A stretch of DNA of 59,249 nt, counting the filler, from Squatina squatina (taxonomy: Eukaryota): the NCBI GenBank assembly GCA_031763465.1. It is 4 parts of 3 records of this genome, joined end to end, with 100 filler letters (N's around TTAATTAATTAA, not from the genome) between each part and the next. Parts side by side here need not be neighbours in the genome. Positions count along the whole stretch, not along the records: positions 14,342 to 27,850 come from JARFOE010000016.1; positions 27,951 to 42,243 come from JARFOE010000100.1; 2 more parts are not named here. One strand, written 5' to 3'. The notes beneath the pieces were generated by a model. It searched no databases. It saw nothing but the letters and a program-made list of their open reading frames with translations, and was not told the DNA's origin. Positions within the stretch are counted from its first letter, which is position 1; each line of letters starts with the position of its first letter. A program made the translations under genes and the position numbers. Below, piece after piece: positions 23,396-36,137 of the stretch.

Positions 23396-25612
23396 ATAAT
23401 CTGGGATTGGTCCTTGATGCTGAGCACGAGAAGAATATCTGGCATAACTCAAAAAACACTGAATAAANNNNNNNNNNNNNNNNNNNNNNNNNNNNNNNNN
23501 NNNNNNNNNNNNNNNNNNNNNNNNNNNNNNNNNNNNNNNNNNNNNNNNNNNNNNNNNNNNNNNNNNNNNNNNNNNNNNNNNNNNNNNNNNNNNNNNNNNN
23601 NNNNNNNNNNNNNNNNNNNNNNNNNNNNNNNNNNNNNNNNNNNNNNNNNNNNNNNNNNNNNNNNNNNNNNNNNNNNNNNNNNNNNNNNNNNNNNNNNNNN
23701 NNNNNNNNNNNNNNNNNNNNNNNNNNNNNNNNNNNNNNNNNNNNNNNNNNNNNNNNNNNNNNNNNNNNNNNNNNNNNNNNNNNNNNNNNNNNNNNNNNNN
23801 NNNNNNNNNNNNNNNNNNNNNNNNNNNNNNNNNNNNNNNNNNNNNNNNNNNNNNNNNNNNNNNNNNNNNNNNNNNNNNNNNNNNNNNNNNNNNNNNNNTT
23901 CCACCATTTTCAGATGTTTCAGGAGAAATTACACTGGCTGATACAACACACAACCCTTGTTCCTAAATTATGCTATCATTATTCATTAGCAATGTTCTTT
24001 AATGGCAGTGCTTTAAGTGAACTCTGGCTAAATTAACTTTGATCCAACAACATCTTCAAATTATATTCCCTTCTGTGTAATGATCCGAAGCTAAGGAAAT
24101 TCCCAAGGTTTATGAAGAAAAAGGTGGCCGTAAGAAATTTATCTCTTCACCGTTAATTCATCCTCAACTACATATGTGACGCAATGCTTGTCATTACCTT
24201 TCAGTGTTCTGAAATTGTCTTCTTGCTCACGTTGAAGCTTTCAATGAGAAACTCTATGTCATAAGTAACATTACAGCTGCTGTCTCTTCAGTAACCTCTG
24301 ATGTTAAGTATCTTAAGATGTTATTAACTCAACTGGATCAAAGGCTTGGTAAAGCAGAGAAGAGATCACTAAGACAAGTGCATCATAGAATTTAAGGTCA
24401 CGTCAGAGTTCCTGCTACAAAGAAATATGTAGTTACTGATGAAACCAGGTGGTTTGGAAAATTACAACTGCAATAACCTTCAAATACTTGGTCTGCTCGT
24501 GGTATCAGGAAAGCATGACAGTACTCATGTCACCTCTGAGATCCTATGAACTTCTTGTAAGACCTCTTTGGGACAGACATGGAATACGGCATTGTGAAGG
24601 GGTACTGCACCCTTTCACCTAGATGCCAGAATCCTCTCCATCTTGAGTTAAAAACGTTCAAATGAGCAGCCTTAGAATGTAGTGTTAGTGGTTACCTAAA
24701 GAGTGAACATAGATTATTCAGACAAGGTAAGAAGTTTGTGCTTTTTCTTTGGTAGGGTTTCTTGTGAAACTTCCAGCTACATATCNNNNNNNNNNNNNNN
24801 NNNNNNNNNNNNNNNNNNNNNNNNNNNNNNNNNNNNNNNNNNNNNNNNNNNNNNNNNNNNNNNNNNNNNNNNNNNNNNNNNNNNNCAAGTGATAGCTGTT
24901 TGTACAATTAATTTACTAAGAATCCACAGTTTTCCATGTTACAGCTGTGGGCTTTTATAAGGCCAAAGCGAGATGGTTCGTTCCACCACCAGCTACTTTA
25001 CACAGAAACTAATAGCTTTTGGAGGAAAAGGAGATCCCTTTGTCATGCAGCTACTTCTCCAAATGCATTATACAGCATTATATATACAAGAAACCAACTG
25101 TGAAACAAAATGTGTGAAAGAAATGGGCAAACTACATGAAAATATCTCAGATCACTCAGAAGAATCATTTGAAAAGAAATGTGTTCAGTGGGGAACATTT
25201 AAAATTCAGCTTTTACTGTGGTTTAAAATAAAAAAGGCAGGTGAACAGATTGAGTATAGTTTTGATTTTTTGGGATAATTCATCAGGATTATCCAGAATA
25301 TTACTTTTCAAAAAATAAATAAAACAAGTGTTTTTAATTTGGGCATAAATGCACCATTTCCATAAAATCTCAAAAGGGAAAAACTCAATTCAGAAATATC
25401 TTAACAAAAGTAACCTTCTTCTGCATGCCTCTTTTGCATACATAAAAATGCATTCAAGAAGGAGGAATTTAACAAGGATAAAAAATGAATGTAAAAAAAA
25501 ATTAAGTCAGGAACTGAGAACCACCAGACAGTGGGAACCGCAGGCTGTGTGATTGTGCCAGTTTGTTTCAACCTAAAATTAAATACAAGCCAACTAACCA
25601 CTTAACACTCAC

Positions 25613-25686
25613 CTTCAAAACTTCAGACGTCAGCGAGGGCTGGGAGATCATGATGTGCGCAGAACCGATCTCCAAGTAGCAAGACC
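25613..25686 (-). CDS. Candidate 74-nt exon upstream of SSH2 exon 1 on the same strand
   Basis: cccattttatAG acceptor and AAG|GTGAGT donor around a locally GC/CpG-enriched stretch in AT-rich DNA. One open frame reads SCYLEIGSAHIMISQPSLTSEVLK. Confidence 0.3.
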
Positions 25687-27039
25687 CTATAAAATGGGTA
25701 ATCTATCTTTATTCCTCATTCCCCACAATAAGTAGAAGCAAACCAAAGTCATACAAATTTAGGAAGGTGGCATTGAAATACTAACACCAGCATTCAGGAC
25801 AAATCTGGCAAAGGCACTCCCATGTGCTGCCATTAAATATGACAGTGATGTTTAGCAACTATGTAGGGACTGCTCCATTTGGCAGTCAGTTGGAACTGAA
25901 GAGAGAGAGATGCCCAGGAAGCAATCATGGAGTGGGTGGAATGACCTCCGAACTGTCCCTGCAAGGTGGTAACTGCAGTCTTATGTACTCATCCCTCCAC
26001 TTGATTACCTGGTGCTAAGTCACTGGTTTACCTGGGATTTTTACACCATGCGAAACAACAGGCATATCTCTGGATGCCCCTAACTCCTGAAATTGCCCTT
26101 GAAACAGCGCTAGATTAGGGTTAGGGTTCCTGTGAGACAGAGGACAGCATCTGTGGCTGTGTTGTCAGCCAGGTGCTAGGTTGAAAGAGCAATGTCTTAA
26201 ACAAGCCACCAGTATACTAGTGGGATCACATCACAATAAAAGGGAGTGGAGTCAGTCATTCCCTGAGCTAACCTTATTTCTCTTTCCTACACCTGACACC
26301 TTCACTTGCTCCGACCTCAGTTCCTTTGCAAATGCTCGCAGTGTCCTGTTCGAGATGCACCTGTGAAGTGGAAATATAAAAGTTACAAGTTAAATATAAG
26401 AGTGTTCAGCATTTGCAGGGAACATCGGTTTTCTGTACTGAAAATGCATGATTAAGTTAAAATGTAACGGAATGCTGTTGACGAAGTTTCAGACAGAAGA
26501 TTAGCAAATAGAATGGTCTCTATCGATGTCATTTTGAATTCAGAGATCCCTAGGTCTGTTTTTTTCCCCTGCATGCTGACTTCCCGCATGCTTGTAAAAA
26601 TGATTCTCTTGTGGCAGTCTTCCTGGACTCCGAGTGGTGATTTTGTCCCACAACAATCTGGTACCACTGTCAACTTTGGGGAAGGTTGTCCAGAAGATTA
26701 CACTCCTGTCGCCATCATGTGAGGTGTAGGGTCAAATCTTACTGGTCGGGAAAAGCAGAGGCTCAGAGCTGCACAGGGCTCATTGGCTGTGAATGTTCAG
26801 CTCAAGCAGTTGCAGAAAAAGTTGAGTGTTGGCAAACACAAAGCAGATCAAAGGCAAAAAAAAATCTTCTTGTGGATTGTGTAACATACACCAAACATCA
26901 TTCATTCCTNNNNNNNNNNNNNNNNNNNNNNNNNNNNNNNNNNNNNNNNNNNNNNNNNNNNNNNNNNNNNNNNNNNNNNNNNNNNNNNNNNNNNNNNNNN
27001 NNNNNNNNNTACTGTTACACTGTTTAACTATAGCTCCCA

Positions 27040-27350
27040 TAATGGTTCAGTGGCACTGAGCCAAACAAACCATGAACGTTCCACGTTTAACTTCTTTTTC
27101 TGTGTGGAGTTAGGCGGTCTTAGCTGGGCACGGTGGTGGGAGTGATAACAATCGGCCTAATCATCCTTAGATAGGCAAGGAAAAAAAGGTCTGTTAGAGT
27201 TTCTGTTCCTGGTTTTTGCCCAGCTGGAACGTGCATCTGTGGATGTTTGGTAAGGACAGGATTCAGTTGGTGCCTTCCAAATTCAAATGCTGCTGGCACT
27301 TTGGATTCACACAGGAAGAACGGGCACCTCGGTGAGGTAAAAAACTGCTT
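27040..27350 (+). mobile_element. Old tRNA-derived SINE of a different family
   Basis: A-box-like tggttcagtgg head and a degenerate body (gagttaggcggtcttagctggg). Family not assigned. Confidence 0.35.
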
Positions 27351-27760
27351 AACTGGAACTGCAATGGAACAATGCTAGATGAAGAGCAATTTCAGTTTAT
27401 CTGCATATATTTCCCTCCCTGGACTATCGATTCACATAATAAATCCCATCACTTTTTAATATGCTCAGAAGCTCCGACACCAATTCCAGTTGTGACTACT
27501 TGGAATGTCCATAAAACAAAGCAAAGGAAGTCTTTCATATGTCTCCATTTGTGGGGAAACTGGATGCAGAGAAACATTTCTCCACACTGACTTGCTCCCC
27601 ATAATAAATTCTAATCACATACAATATTGAAATTAACCACATTGAAATCTTTCACTTCCATTTTTCTTTGCAGAAAAATATTACAGCATTTACCTGATAC
27701 ATGCTTAAAAAAATTACTAATAAATGAAACGTATATTTTTCAGATACTGTAACAACATAA

Positions 27761-27850
27761 CGGCCCTGAAATTGTGATCGGAGGCTTCCTGCGTACGGAT
27801 GCCTCCGATTGCAATTATCTCTACGTACTTACCTAAGGGTCCTGGATCCA
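27761..27850 (+). mobile_element. Terminus of a non-autonomous DNA transposon (MITE-like)
   Basis: GGCCCTGAAATTG terminus followed by a hairpin ATCGGAGGC...GCCTCCGAT; related reverse-oriented copy at about 28945-29135. Confidence 0.55.
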
Positions 27851-27950
27851 NNNNNNNNNNNNNNNNNNNNNNNNNNNNNNNNNNNNNNNNNNNNTTAATT
27901 AATTAANNNNNNNNNNNNNNNNNNNNNNNNNNNNNNNNNNNNNNNNNNNN
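27851..27950. other. Artificial scaffold-joining spacer
   Basis: 44 N + TTAATTAATTAA + 44 N. Confidence 0.95.
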
Positions 27951-28944
27951 CTAACAGTGCATTCCAGGTCATCAGACCCTGCTGCATAAAAACATTCTCA
28001 TCTCCACCCTGGTTCTTTCCATTGATTTTTTTTTTCATACAGATAGAATAAGTAATTATTTAATAAATCAGAAGAACTGCTAAAGTCGTCTCAAGTGCGT
28101 GTTAATGGTAAAACAAGAGGCTTTACCAGTTGTGGACTGCTAGCCCGAATCATTCTGAAAGATTTCATTCTATTTCACACACCAGCGAAATATTTAGATA
28201 CTGGATTTTGAATCCAGAATACTTATTTTTCAAAACTGTAGACTGCATTTAAAGGATGATGTAAATGTAGCAAAAACCTTTGCTGAAAAAGTTGTGGTAA
28301 CATTTTAGCATTCAGTTTGTTTTATAAAAATAGAAAATCTTTCATGAGAGTAGTCCTGCAGTAATTTGTTGGTTCACTGAATTTCTTTACATTGGGAATT
28401 AGTTTGAAGTCAGGAAAATACATCAGACGCACCTCAGCTGGAATGGTACTTAATGAATGAAAATCATAGAATCACTTTGAGCATTGAATCACAAGTCATT
28501 ATGTATTTTTTGCAAGCTGAAGGTGAAGGAGACATTTAATTTCTATTTGCATATGGATTCAAATCAATTTTTACATTTAGCAGTCATAGAGTTCACTATA
28601 ACAGATTTCAGCACCATTTGCTAGAATAATTTAATGATAATTAAAGGGCATTTTCTAAGGTCATAGATTATGTAAGCTGTATGTTTTCTATTCGCTGAGA
28701 GCCATTTCAATGTATCCATCAATAAGTCTATTTTCATTTGCTGATGCTATTTTTCAAAGAGTCAGTTTTTTATTTGAATGCTTAATTAAAGGCACTTTTA
28801 ATTACTTTTGAACATGAGAACATTATTTTTATTTCAGTTGTGTTAATTATTTATTTATTTGTGGATTTCTCCTATGCTTATGGGCATCCTGTCTGTAAAT
28901 GTAATCCCCATAAGCGTATGAGGAATTCCCCTTTCTAGTTGGTT

Positions 28945-29135
28945 GACCTGGCCCATGTGATCCCAGGGTGCTTCCAAACTACCTGCGTCCCTGGGATCCG
29001 TGGGCCTTTTTGGAGGCGTATGCCTGCAGGCCCAGGACCCGAAGCCTTTGAAGCCCAGGAGCCAGGTAGGTTCGTATTTCTTTTCAGGTTGGAGGCGTGA
29101 TCTGGAGGTACGCCTCCGACTGCAAATTCTGGCCC
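28945..29135 (-). mobile_element. Same MITE-like family, terminus in reverse orientation
   Basis: Minus strand reads GGGCCAGAATTTGCAGTCGGAGGCGTACC...CGCCTCCAAC...TACGAACCTACC, aligning with 27761-27850. Confidence 0.55.
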
Positions 29136-29727
29136 ATTATTCCCGACCAGCAAGTTCACTGGTTTCCATCTCACCTGAATTGCAGCATTATTCTAGATTG
29201 GTTGTGAGAAATAAATTCTGGAATTGGAATTCTGTGAAACCTACTGTTTTCCCAATATCTTGCAAACTTAAAAGCTGGGTTCCCCTCAGTTTGTAAAGGA
29301 TTTTTAGCATAGAGCAAGGAGTAGGCGTGGAGGGGTTTAGCCAACTTCTGTTTGTTAGTAGCTTGTTCACTGTGTGCTTTCAGTGAACAATGGGACCAAC
29401 TTCTGCGTGAACTGACCAGACCTAGCAGGCCTATCCTGCACCAATAACCTTACTGTTCTAATGGGTTTTAAGACTGAAAATGCAATTCTTTTTCTATTTT
29501 TATCTGTTTTAATTCACTTTGCTGTTTTATAACTACAGTGTTGAGAGGTTGAAGTTAAGTCAGCATTATTACAATTTATGGGATAAAAATACCTCAATTT
29601 TTACTTATGAATGCTTTTCATTGTCCTNNNNNNNNNNNNNNNNNNNNNNNNNNNNNNNNNNNNNNNNNNNNNNNNNNNNNNNNNNNNNNNNNNNNNNNNN
29701 NNNNNNNNNNNNNNNNNNNNNNNNNNN

Positions 29728-29805
29728 GATCATATTGAATGGCGGTGCAGGCTCGAAGGGCCGAATGGCCTACTCCTGCACCTATTTTTCTATGTTTCTA
29801 TGTAT
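29728..29805 (+). mobile_element. CR1 LINE 3' tail
   Basis: gaatggcggtgcaggctcgaagggccgaatggcctactcctgc followed by (TTTCTATG)n terminal repeats. Confidence 0.9.
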
Positions 29806-31877
29806 GAGTTTGTTGGTTATGACAGAGCATAATTAAAGCTTAGGCTTTCTGTACTCACGCAGTGAATTTGGACAAACTGTTTCTTTCCAACAATGGATAA
29901 AGTGGAACAAAATACTCCAAAATGTTACTGTGATTCTTGAGTAAAAGTGGCTTCATGTTCTATTCAAGCCACTTAACCACTGCTTGTTAGTAGCAAGTAT
30001 GCTGCCATTGACAGCTAATTCAGTAATTTTCAGATTTTTCTTTTAAGCTTTAAAAATAATTTTGAATCATCTGGTCATTCCATGAAATTAGCTTGCAGCT
30101 GTTGGAATGTAAAACACAGAGTGGACTCAAAGTTCTGACAGGATAGCAAATGTTTTATCTAACAGATAAACTGATGTTTGAGTTCAAACTGACATAAACA
30201 TAGTTGAGAAGAAAAATCTATCTATTCAAGCACATCAATGTACCAGGCCAAAAAACAGTTTTTATTTTATCCATTCTATGTGAATCTAGCAGAGACTGTC
30301 TGTATGTGACCTACTTGTCCATCTATTCTGATGGTTTGGGATTGTGGAGAAGTACTTTTGAAAATTTTTGTCCAATTCTTGGTAGTCTAATTCAGAGCTG
30401 ATAAATAGATTTGAGTTTTCAATAGTCTTGCGGTCAGGTATGGCCCTGGAGAACAAACAGTTGTTTTCTCAGTGGTAGTGTTATTTGCCTTTCAGATGTA
30501 AGGGGCTCAACCCTCATACCTATTTCTTGCAGAACAGGGATTAGTCCATAGTCTAAAAGCTGTCCAAGTTGTCTAAAAGCAGAACCATCTTCTTAGCTTG
30601 GTAATTGTTGTTAGTATTCGGGGCTATTCAAGGATTGCCAGCTTAATCACAGACTCATTTCTAAATCTCTATTGAAAATGATAGCATTTTATATCAGGCA
30701 AATCTGAAAGAAATAGTGCACATAAATCAGTTGTAAAACCTGCAGGAAAGTTACATTAAAGAAAAAAAAGGAATTTGTCTAGTTTTAAAGATTTTATATC
30801 TCTCTTCCTATCATGCAGTGTTTGATTTATGTGTTTAGGTGAGCAAATGCAGTGAAGCAATAGTAGTCTATAGACTTTCATTGGAGACAAACTGATGAAT
30901 CTTAGAAAAGAGTAATGCGTTGTGGTCAGGGTTTCAGGACAAAAAAAACAATGTTGTGCTAATGTAAGCGGAATATAGTAAATGAGCAGAAATGTATCTC
31001 TTGTACACCACTCCACAATAGATGTAACACATTGCTAGGCTAGTTTTGGCCTCAAAATCAACAATGCATTGCAAGTCACTTCTGTGATGACACTTTACTT
31101 CTGNNNNNNNNNNNNNNNNNNNNNNNNNNNNNNNNNNNNNNNNNNNNNNNNNNNNNNNNNNNNNNNNNNNNNNNNNNNNNNNNNNNNNNNNNNNNNNNNN
31201 NNNAAAGTGCAAAATTTATTTTTAAATTGAAGAAAAATAACACTGGATGAAGAACTGCTCTTATCGTAAAATTGCAAATACCTTTTTTTTTGAAATGCAA
31301 TTGCAATGTCAGTACACACAGCAACCAGATTACAAGTTCCCCCAGCAATTTAGTTCAAATGTTTGCAAAGACTTTCCTGACGACTTCAAAGTGACCCCTC
31401 AACATTTTAATAAAGAATGAATTATGTGCGTAGCTTTAAATGACTGACATTTTAGAAGTCTGAATTTAGAATATCTCATTGTGTTGAATTGGTTTTCCAC
31501 AGGACAGGATACTTTGGCAATTTTGCTCAGATTGTTTCAACCTGTGCATTCTGCATTTTTTTTCTGTTTAATTGGTGGATATTTTCTAACCAGGCTTTAA
31601 GGTTTAACTCCAGTATTAGTTTTCCTTCAATTTTAATTGTGCATTCTGCTCTCGTAGACTATCTCTCTTTCTGTGCCAAATCTAAGCAAAGAGGAGTTTG
31701 ATCTCAGGTGGGATTTATCACGAATTTTATCTGTTTCACTACATTTTTAGCAATGCACTTCTTTCATCCTTTTTGTTNNNNNNNNNNNNNNNNNNNNNNN
31801 NNNNNNNNNNNNNNNNNNNNNNNNNNNNNNNNNNNNNNNNNNNNNNNNNNNNNNNNNNNNNNNNNNNNNNNNNNNNN

Positions 31878-32092
31878 TTCCTCACTTTCAAACTGAATGC
31901 TAAAATCTACCATGTTATGATCACTACTTCCGAGGGGATCCTTTACTCTGAGATTATTTATTAAACCTGCCTCATTACTCATGACCAGATCTAGGATAGC
32001 CTGTTGCCTGGTCGGCTCCGTAACATATTGCTCTAGGAAACAATCCGAACGCATTCTATAAATTCATTCTCATGGCTACCATTTCCAATTTG
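31878..32092 (-). mobile_element. CR1 ORF2 endonuclease fragment
   Basis: CFLEQYVTEPTRQQAILDLVMSNEAGLINNLRVKDPLGSSDHNMVDFSIQFE. Confidence 0.92.
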
Positions 32093-33469
32093 ATAGGGAT
32101 TTACTTATCTCTGGTCTTTCAAACAATCAGGGTTGAGTGCAAAACAATATGGTGGGTATATTGCAAATAATCAGAGTTTAGGATGGAACATAGCACACTA
32201 GTTATATAGCAAAAACATACAACCATGACAAGTAGCTGGTACCAGACCCGATCGGACAGACGGCTGGCATGCTTGAACAGCTCTCCTTGGTCCTCTCTTC
32301 CTGAACTACTAGCATTAACTCCACCCTTAGGAGTCCTTCCTTCACTGTCTGCGCGAAGGGCTTTTCCAGTCTTGCTTTTATTCTTTTTAAGGATGGACCT
32401 GGGGTAAAATAATGGACAGGACCATTTAACCTATAGAGGTTCCACTAAAAACAAGGTGCCCAATGGCATATCGAGTTTTTTTTTCTAAACCATAGAAAAA
32501 GGGTCAACCCTCCTGTTCTCCCACCTGTCAGGGCTATTCTCTTACACATACTTTCTGTACTTGACCATTCATGGTCTTTCAGCATGTTGAGGATTGTCTT
32601 CCCTTATCTTATCCAGCCCGGTCCTCCCAATGCTTGTGACCCTCATACCCATTTTCCAGGAAAATGAAATTTAGGCAGTTCCAGCAAAACATAACTTGTA
32701 CATTAACCCCCTTACTTGTCTCGAGCTCCAACACAATCATTTAAATACAGTACTATTCATGTCACAGGTTCATTCGCATAACCATATACCTTTTAAATAT
32801 CCCAAATTTCTAACAGAATAATACTGATCCATGTGTGGAGAACTTTGCCCATTGCATATACTCAGACTGCAGCACCCTTGGAATTGCAAGCAGTGGTTGG
32901 GGGAAATTTTAACTGTGTCTGAGCGAGGCTGATGCTTCCAAATAAAAACATTAATGAAGGTACACAGACACAAATTATCATTTTATATGTCTAATTATGT
33001 TACAGAATATGTAAATTTTAATTATTTTAGAAAGCTTATTTTGAACCCGTAATTCACACACCAAAGGGAAGAAATTGCCGAAGGAAAAGAAAATCAAATA
33101 TTATCTTAAGCTATTTGGATTCACATTCTCCTTTTTGGTACGTGTCCATTTTTGACAATTTTTTTTAAATTTGAACTCGTTTTTGCTGCTTACTGTTTGG
33201 TGTGTTGTGCGTTTGTTCAGTTGGAATTTATCACTTGAGGTTTTATCCAACCAATTAAATTGGTAATATTGAAATCAATGTGTGACACCTGAAGTGTGAT
33301 GCCAAAATATGTCAAAGAAAAGGAAGTTTGGCAACCAAAATGTGATGGACAGGAAATGCTCGTCTTTTTAACATAATGGATAGCTGACTACCATGGCTTT
33401 GCTCAGAAAAAACAAATTTGGAGTATTTTGACACATAGACTAATCACAAGGCTCAAAAGAAAGAAACAC

Positions 33470-33790
33470 TTGAATTTATCAAGTTTCTTTGAAAAATCAT
33501 GGAGCACTTCAGAATGAACAACTTTGAAATACAATCGTGATTACGCAGAGAAAAAAGTCATTTTTCACAAAGCAAGTCCTCACCTACAGCACAAGATGAA
33601 TGACCAGTGAATGTTTTTGGTAGCTCTGGTTAACGTCAGACACTGCAAAAATACTCTGCTCTTCTTTAATGCCATTTAATTCTCCATGTGAATGGGAAAA
33701 TGGGGGTCTAAGTTGAACAACTCAAGTGAAAGATGGTACCTGTAGCAGTTCAGCACTTCCTCGCTACTGCTACCAACTCGGCCAGGCTGA
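33470..33790 (-). mobile_element. Highly diverged DeuSINE-like copy
   Basis: Colinear weak matches to 1400-1700 (gatgaatgaccag, ctctgctcttc, gaaagatggtacc, cagcacttcctc). Confidence 0.4.
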
Positions 33791-34339
33791 TACACATGAT
33801 AAAAAAACATGTACAATGACACTGTATATACTTAAATGTAAAGAAGTAGTTAAATGCTGAACAATCAGGAAAAATGAGAAGCAGTTGCCAAATAAATAGT
33901 CACTGGTTTACAGAGACTGATCAACAGTTTGGTTACTTGAGACCAATAAATAGCTTATAATACAGATAAATGACAGTTGGGACTTTGTGGCTGCAATGTT
34001 GCCATGAACTAAACATTCAAAGACGATAAATCCAAAAAATAGATACATTTAAATGTAAATAGACAGTTGAAATACCAAATAATCAGGGACCAATGAGCAG
34101 CAACTGTTGTAGACCGACGACAGATGCAATTTTTCAGCACATTGATCCGATGAACCAATTGACTCACTGAGCAATTCTCCTGGAAGATACTCACTTTTTA
34201 TACTTTTATTGACCGAAAAATAAGATGGATCATGCTTCACAACTTCTGAATGAAATAAATGATGTTTGCTTGTGATTCTGAACATTTCATTAAACAAGCC
34301 TTACATGAAAAAATAAGTTTGATAAATGTTATCTTAATA

Positions 34340-34420
34340 GATGCAGCAGGCAGTGACTAGTGGGGTACCGCAAGGCTCAGTGCTGGGACCCCAGTTATTT
34401 ACAATATATATTAATGATTT
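34340..34420 (+). mobile_element. CR1 reverse transcriptase fragment
   Basis: QAVTSGVPQGSVLGPQLFTIYIND. Confidence 0.92.
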
Positions 34421-34520
34421 NNNNNNNNNNNNNNNNNNNNNNNNNNNNNNNNNNNNNNNNNNNNNNNNNNNNNNNNNNNNNNNNNNNNNNNNNNNNNNNN
34501 NNNNNNNNNNNNNNNNNNNN

Positions 34521-34640
34521 GACCTTATCGAAAGCCTTCTGAAAATCCAAATACACCACATCCACTGGTTCCCCCTTATCTATTCTACTAGTTACATTCT
34601 CAAAGAACTCCAATAGGTTTGTCAAATCTGATTTCCCTTT
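34521..34640 (-). mobile_element. CR1 reverse transcriptase fragment
   Basis: KGKSDLTNLLEFFENVTSRIDKGEPVDVVYLDFQKAFDKV. Confidence 0.92.
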
Positions 34641-35873
34641 TATGGGTAGGATAAAATTCTGATTGTTTTCCAAAAATGCTGTCAAACCCTGAATGGAAGG
34701 TGATTAAATCTGTGTTTGTGCTGGCTTGTGGATTTATGAATGGACAATCTGCTTTAGATTTCTGGTATGATCTCTAAAATTGTTCCTAAAAACTAAAATA
34801 TCGGCACAATTTACAGTTTCTGATAATCTTTTCCGAAGAATTATTTATTTCTCCATCTGCCTTGCATACAAATTTGCAGGAAAAGACAGGAAAGTAAACA
34901 TTTGTCAATAAACTTATTTGAAAACTTGAGACATGAAATAGCATGGAAATCCTGAAATATTGAGATATCATTAATATCAGCACTAATATTACTGTAACCT
35001 GTGTGTGATGTTGGTTGCTATGGATAACCATCCTGTGCTTTGCCCTCAGGGGTTTTGAATAAAAGTGATATGCTCTCCACCAGTTTCAATTAAATTTTTC
35101 TATTTAAACAACCTGGACTTTGTTCCTTAAAATTGTCGTGGATGGCAAGCTCTAAAGAATCTTAACCAGAACCAATTATCTAGCTGTAGGTATTGAAAAA
35201 GTATGAGAATCTTCTTTCAAGAGGGACTTTAATTTAATCTGCTTTAGATTCCCTGCTGCACACAGTGTTCCTAACTAATGTAGATGTGGATGCTTTGCAT
35301 AATATCAAAATTGCTGATTACTCTAAGCTGGTCAGGTGATCAGACTGAGAGATAATTTCCAATATCAAATCAATACTGTAATTCAATATAATTAATAGAA
35401 TCATCTCTGTCAGCTAAAATGTTTCTTTTATTTTATTTCTTTTATTTTAAATGGGTTAATGACATTATTAAATAATGGCCACAACAATTTTACATGACTG
35501 TGTTAACTCTATGGACATTGTTTTGTAGTCATCGTGTCATTGTTTTGCAGTAATTGTGGCACACTTCAGTTCATTGTAACTTCCCCAGACTTCTCACAAN
35601 NNNNNNNNNNNNNNNNNNNNNNNNNNNNNNNNNNNNNNNNNNNNNNNNNNNNNNNNNNNNNNNNNNNNNNNNNNNNNNNNNNNNNNNNNNNNNNNNNNNG
35701 AATGAAAGTATCTGGGTAGCAAGATTAGACAAATTATTCACTATGTAAACGTATGGCAGACTGCACAGCTGTTTGTCTAGACTTCAGCCTCAATCTGGCT
35801 ACCCTCTGCTACTTATTATTTACACTACTGAATATATTTAAAAAAATCAATATATCAACTTAATCTTTTTCAG

Positions 35874-36137
35874 ATCCTATTGATCGACCTCCTGTACTTT
35901 TGATTGCCAATGTTAAAACTATTGTGGTGACCAGTCTGAATGGATCAGGTGTTTCTACCCTGAATCCCTTCAATATTAATGGAATCATCGCACTGGATTT
36001 TATTTCTGATGAGGAACTGGTCTGCTGGATAACAGCTGAAGAACTGTCGACTCATGCAGAACTGCAATGTGCCAAGATGACACCACTGAATGGATTTGCT
36101 GAAGAGAGAGTCATCAATATTTCACAGACCCTCCACA
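35874..36137 (+). CDS. LRP1/LRP1B-family receptor exon (start of first YWTD beta-propeller)
   Basis: 264-nt exon with tttttcAG acceptor and GTGAGT donor. It translates to (D)PIDRPPVLLIANVKTIVVTSLNGSGVSTL...ALDFISDEELVCW...ELQCAKM...INISQTLH, homologous to LRP1 EPVDRPPVLLIAN...INISLSLH. The paralog is not resolved. Confidence 0.92.

Noticed and set aside
26115-26128. Interstitial telomere
   Set aside because: Only two TTAGGG units, too short to distinguish from chance or a repeat remnant.
26452-26722. Overlapping 70-aa ORFs on both strands
   Set aside because: No convincing splice boundaries or homology, and upstream in-frame stops are present.
34340-34640. Inverted CR1 RT pieces as a twin-primed or rearranged element
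   Set aside because: They are separated by an unsized gap. Contigs simply end in two different CR1 copies.
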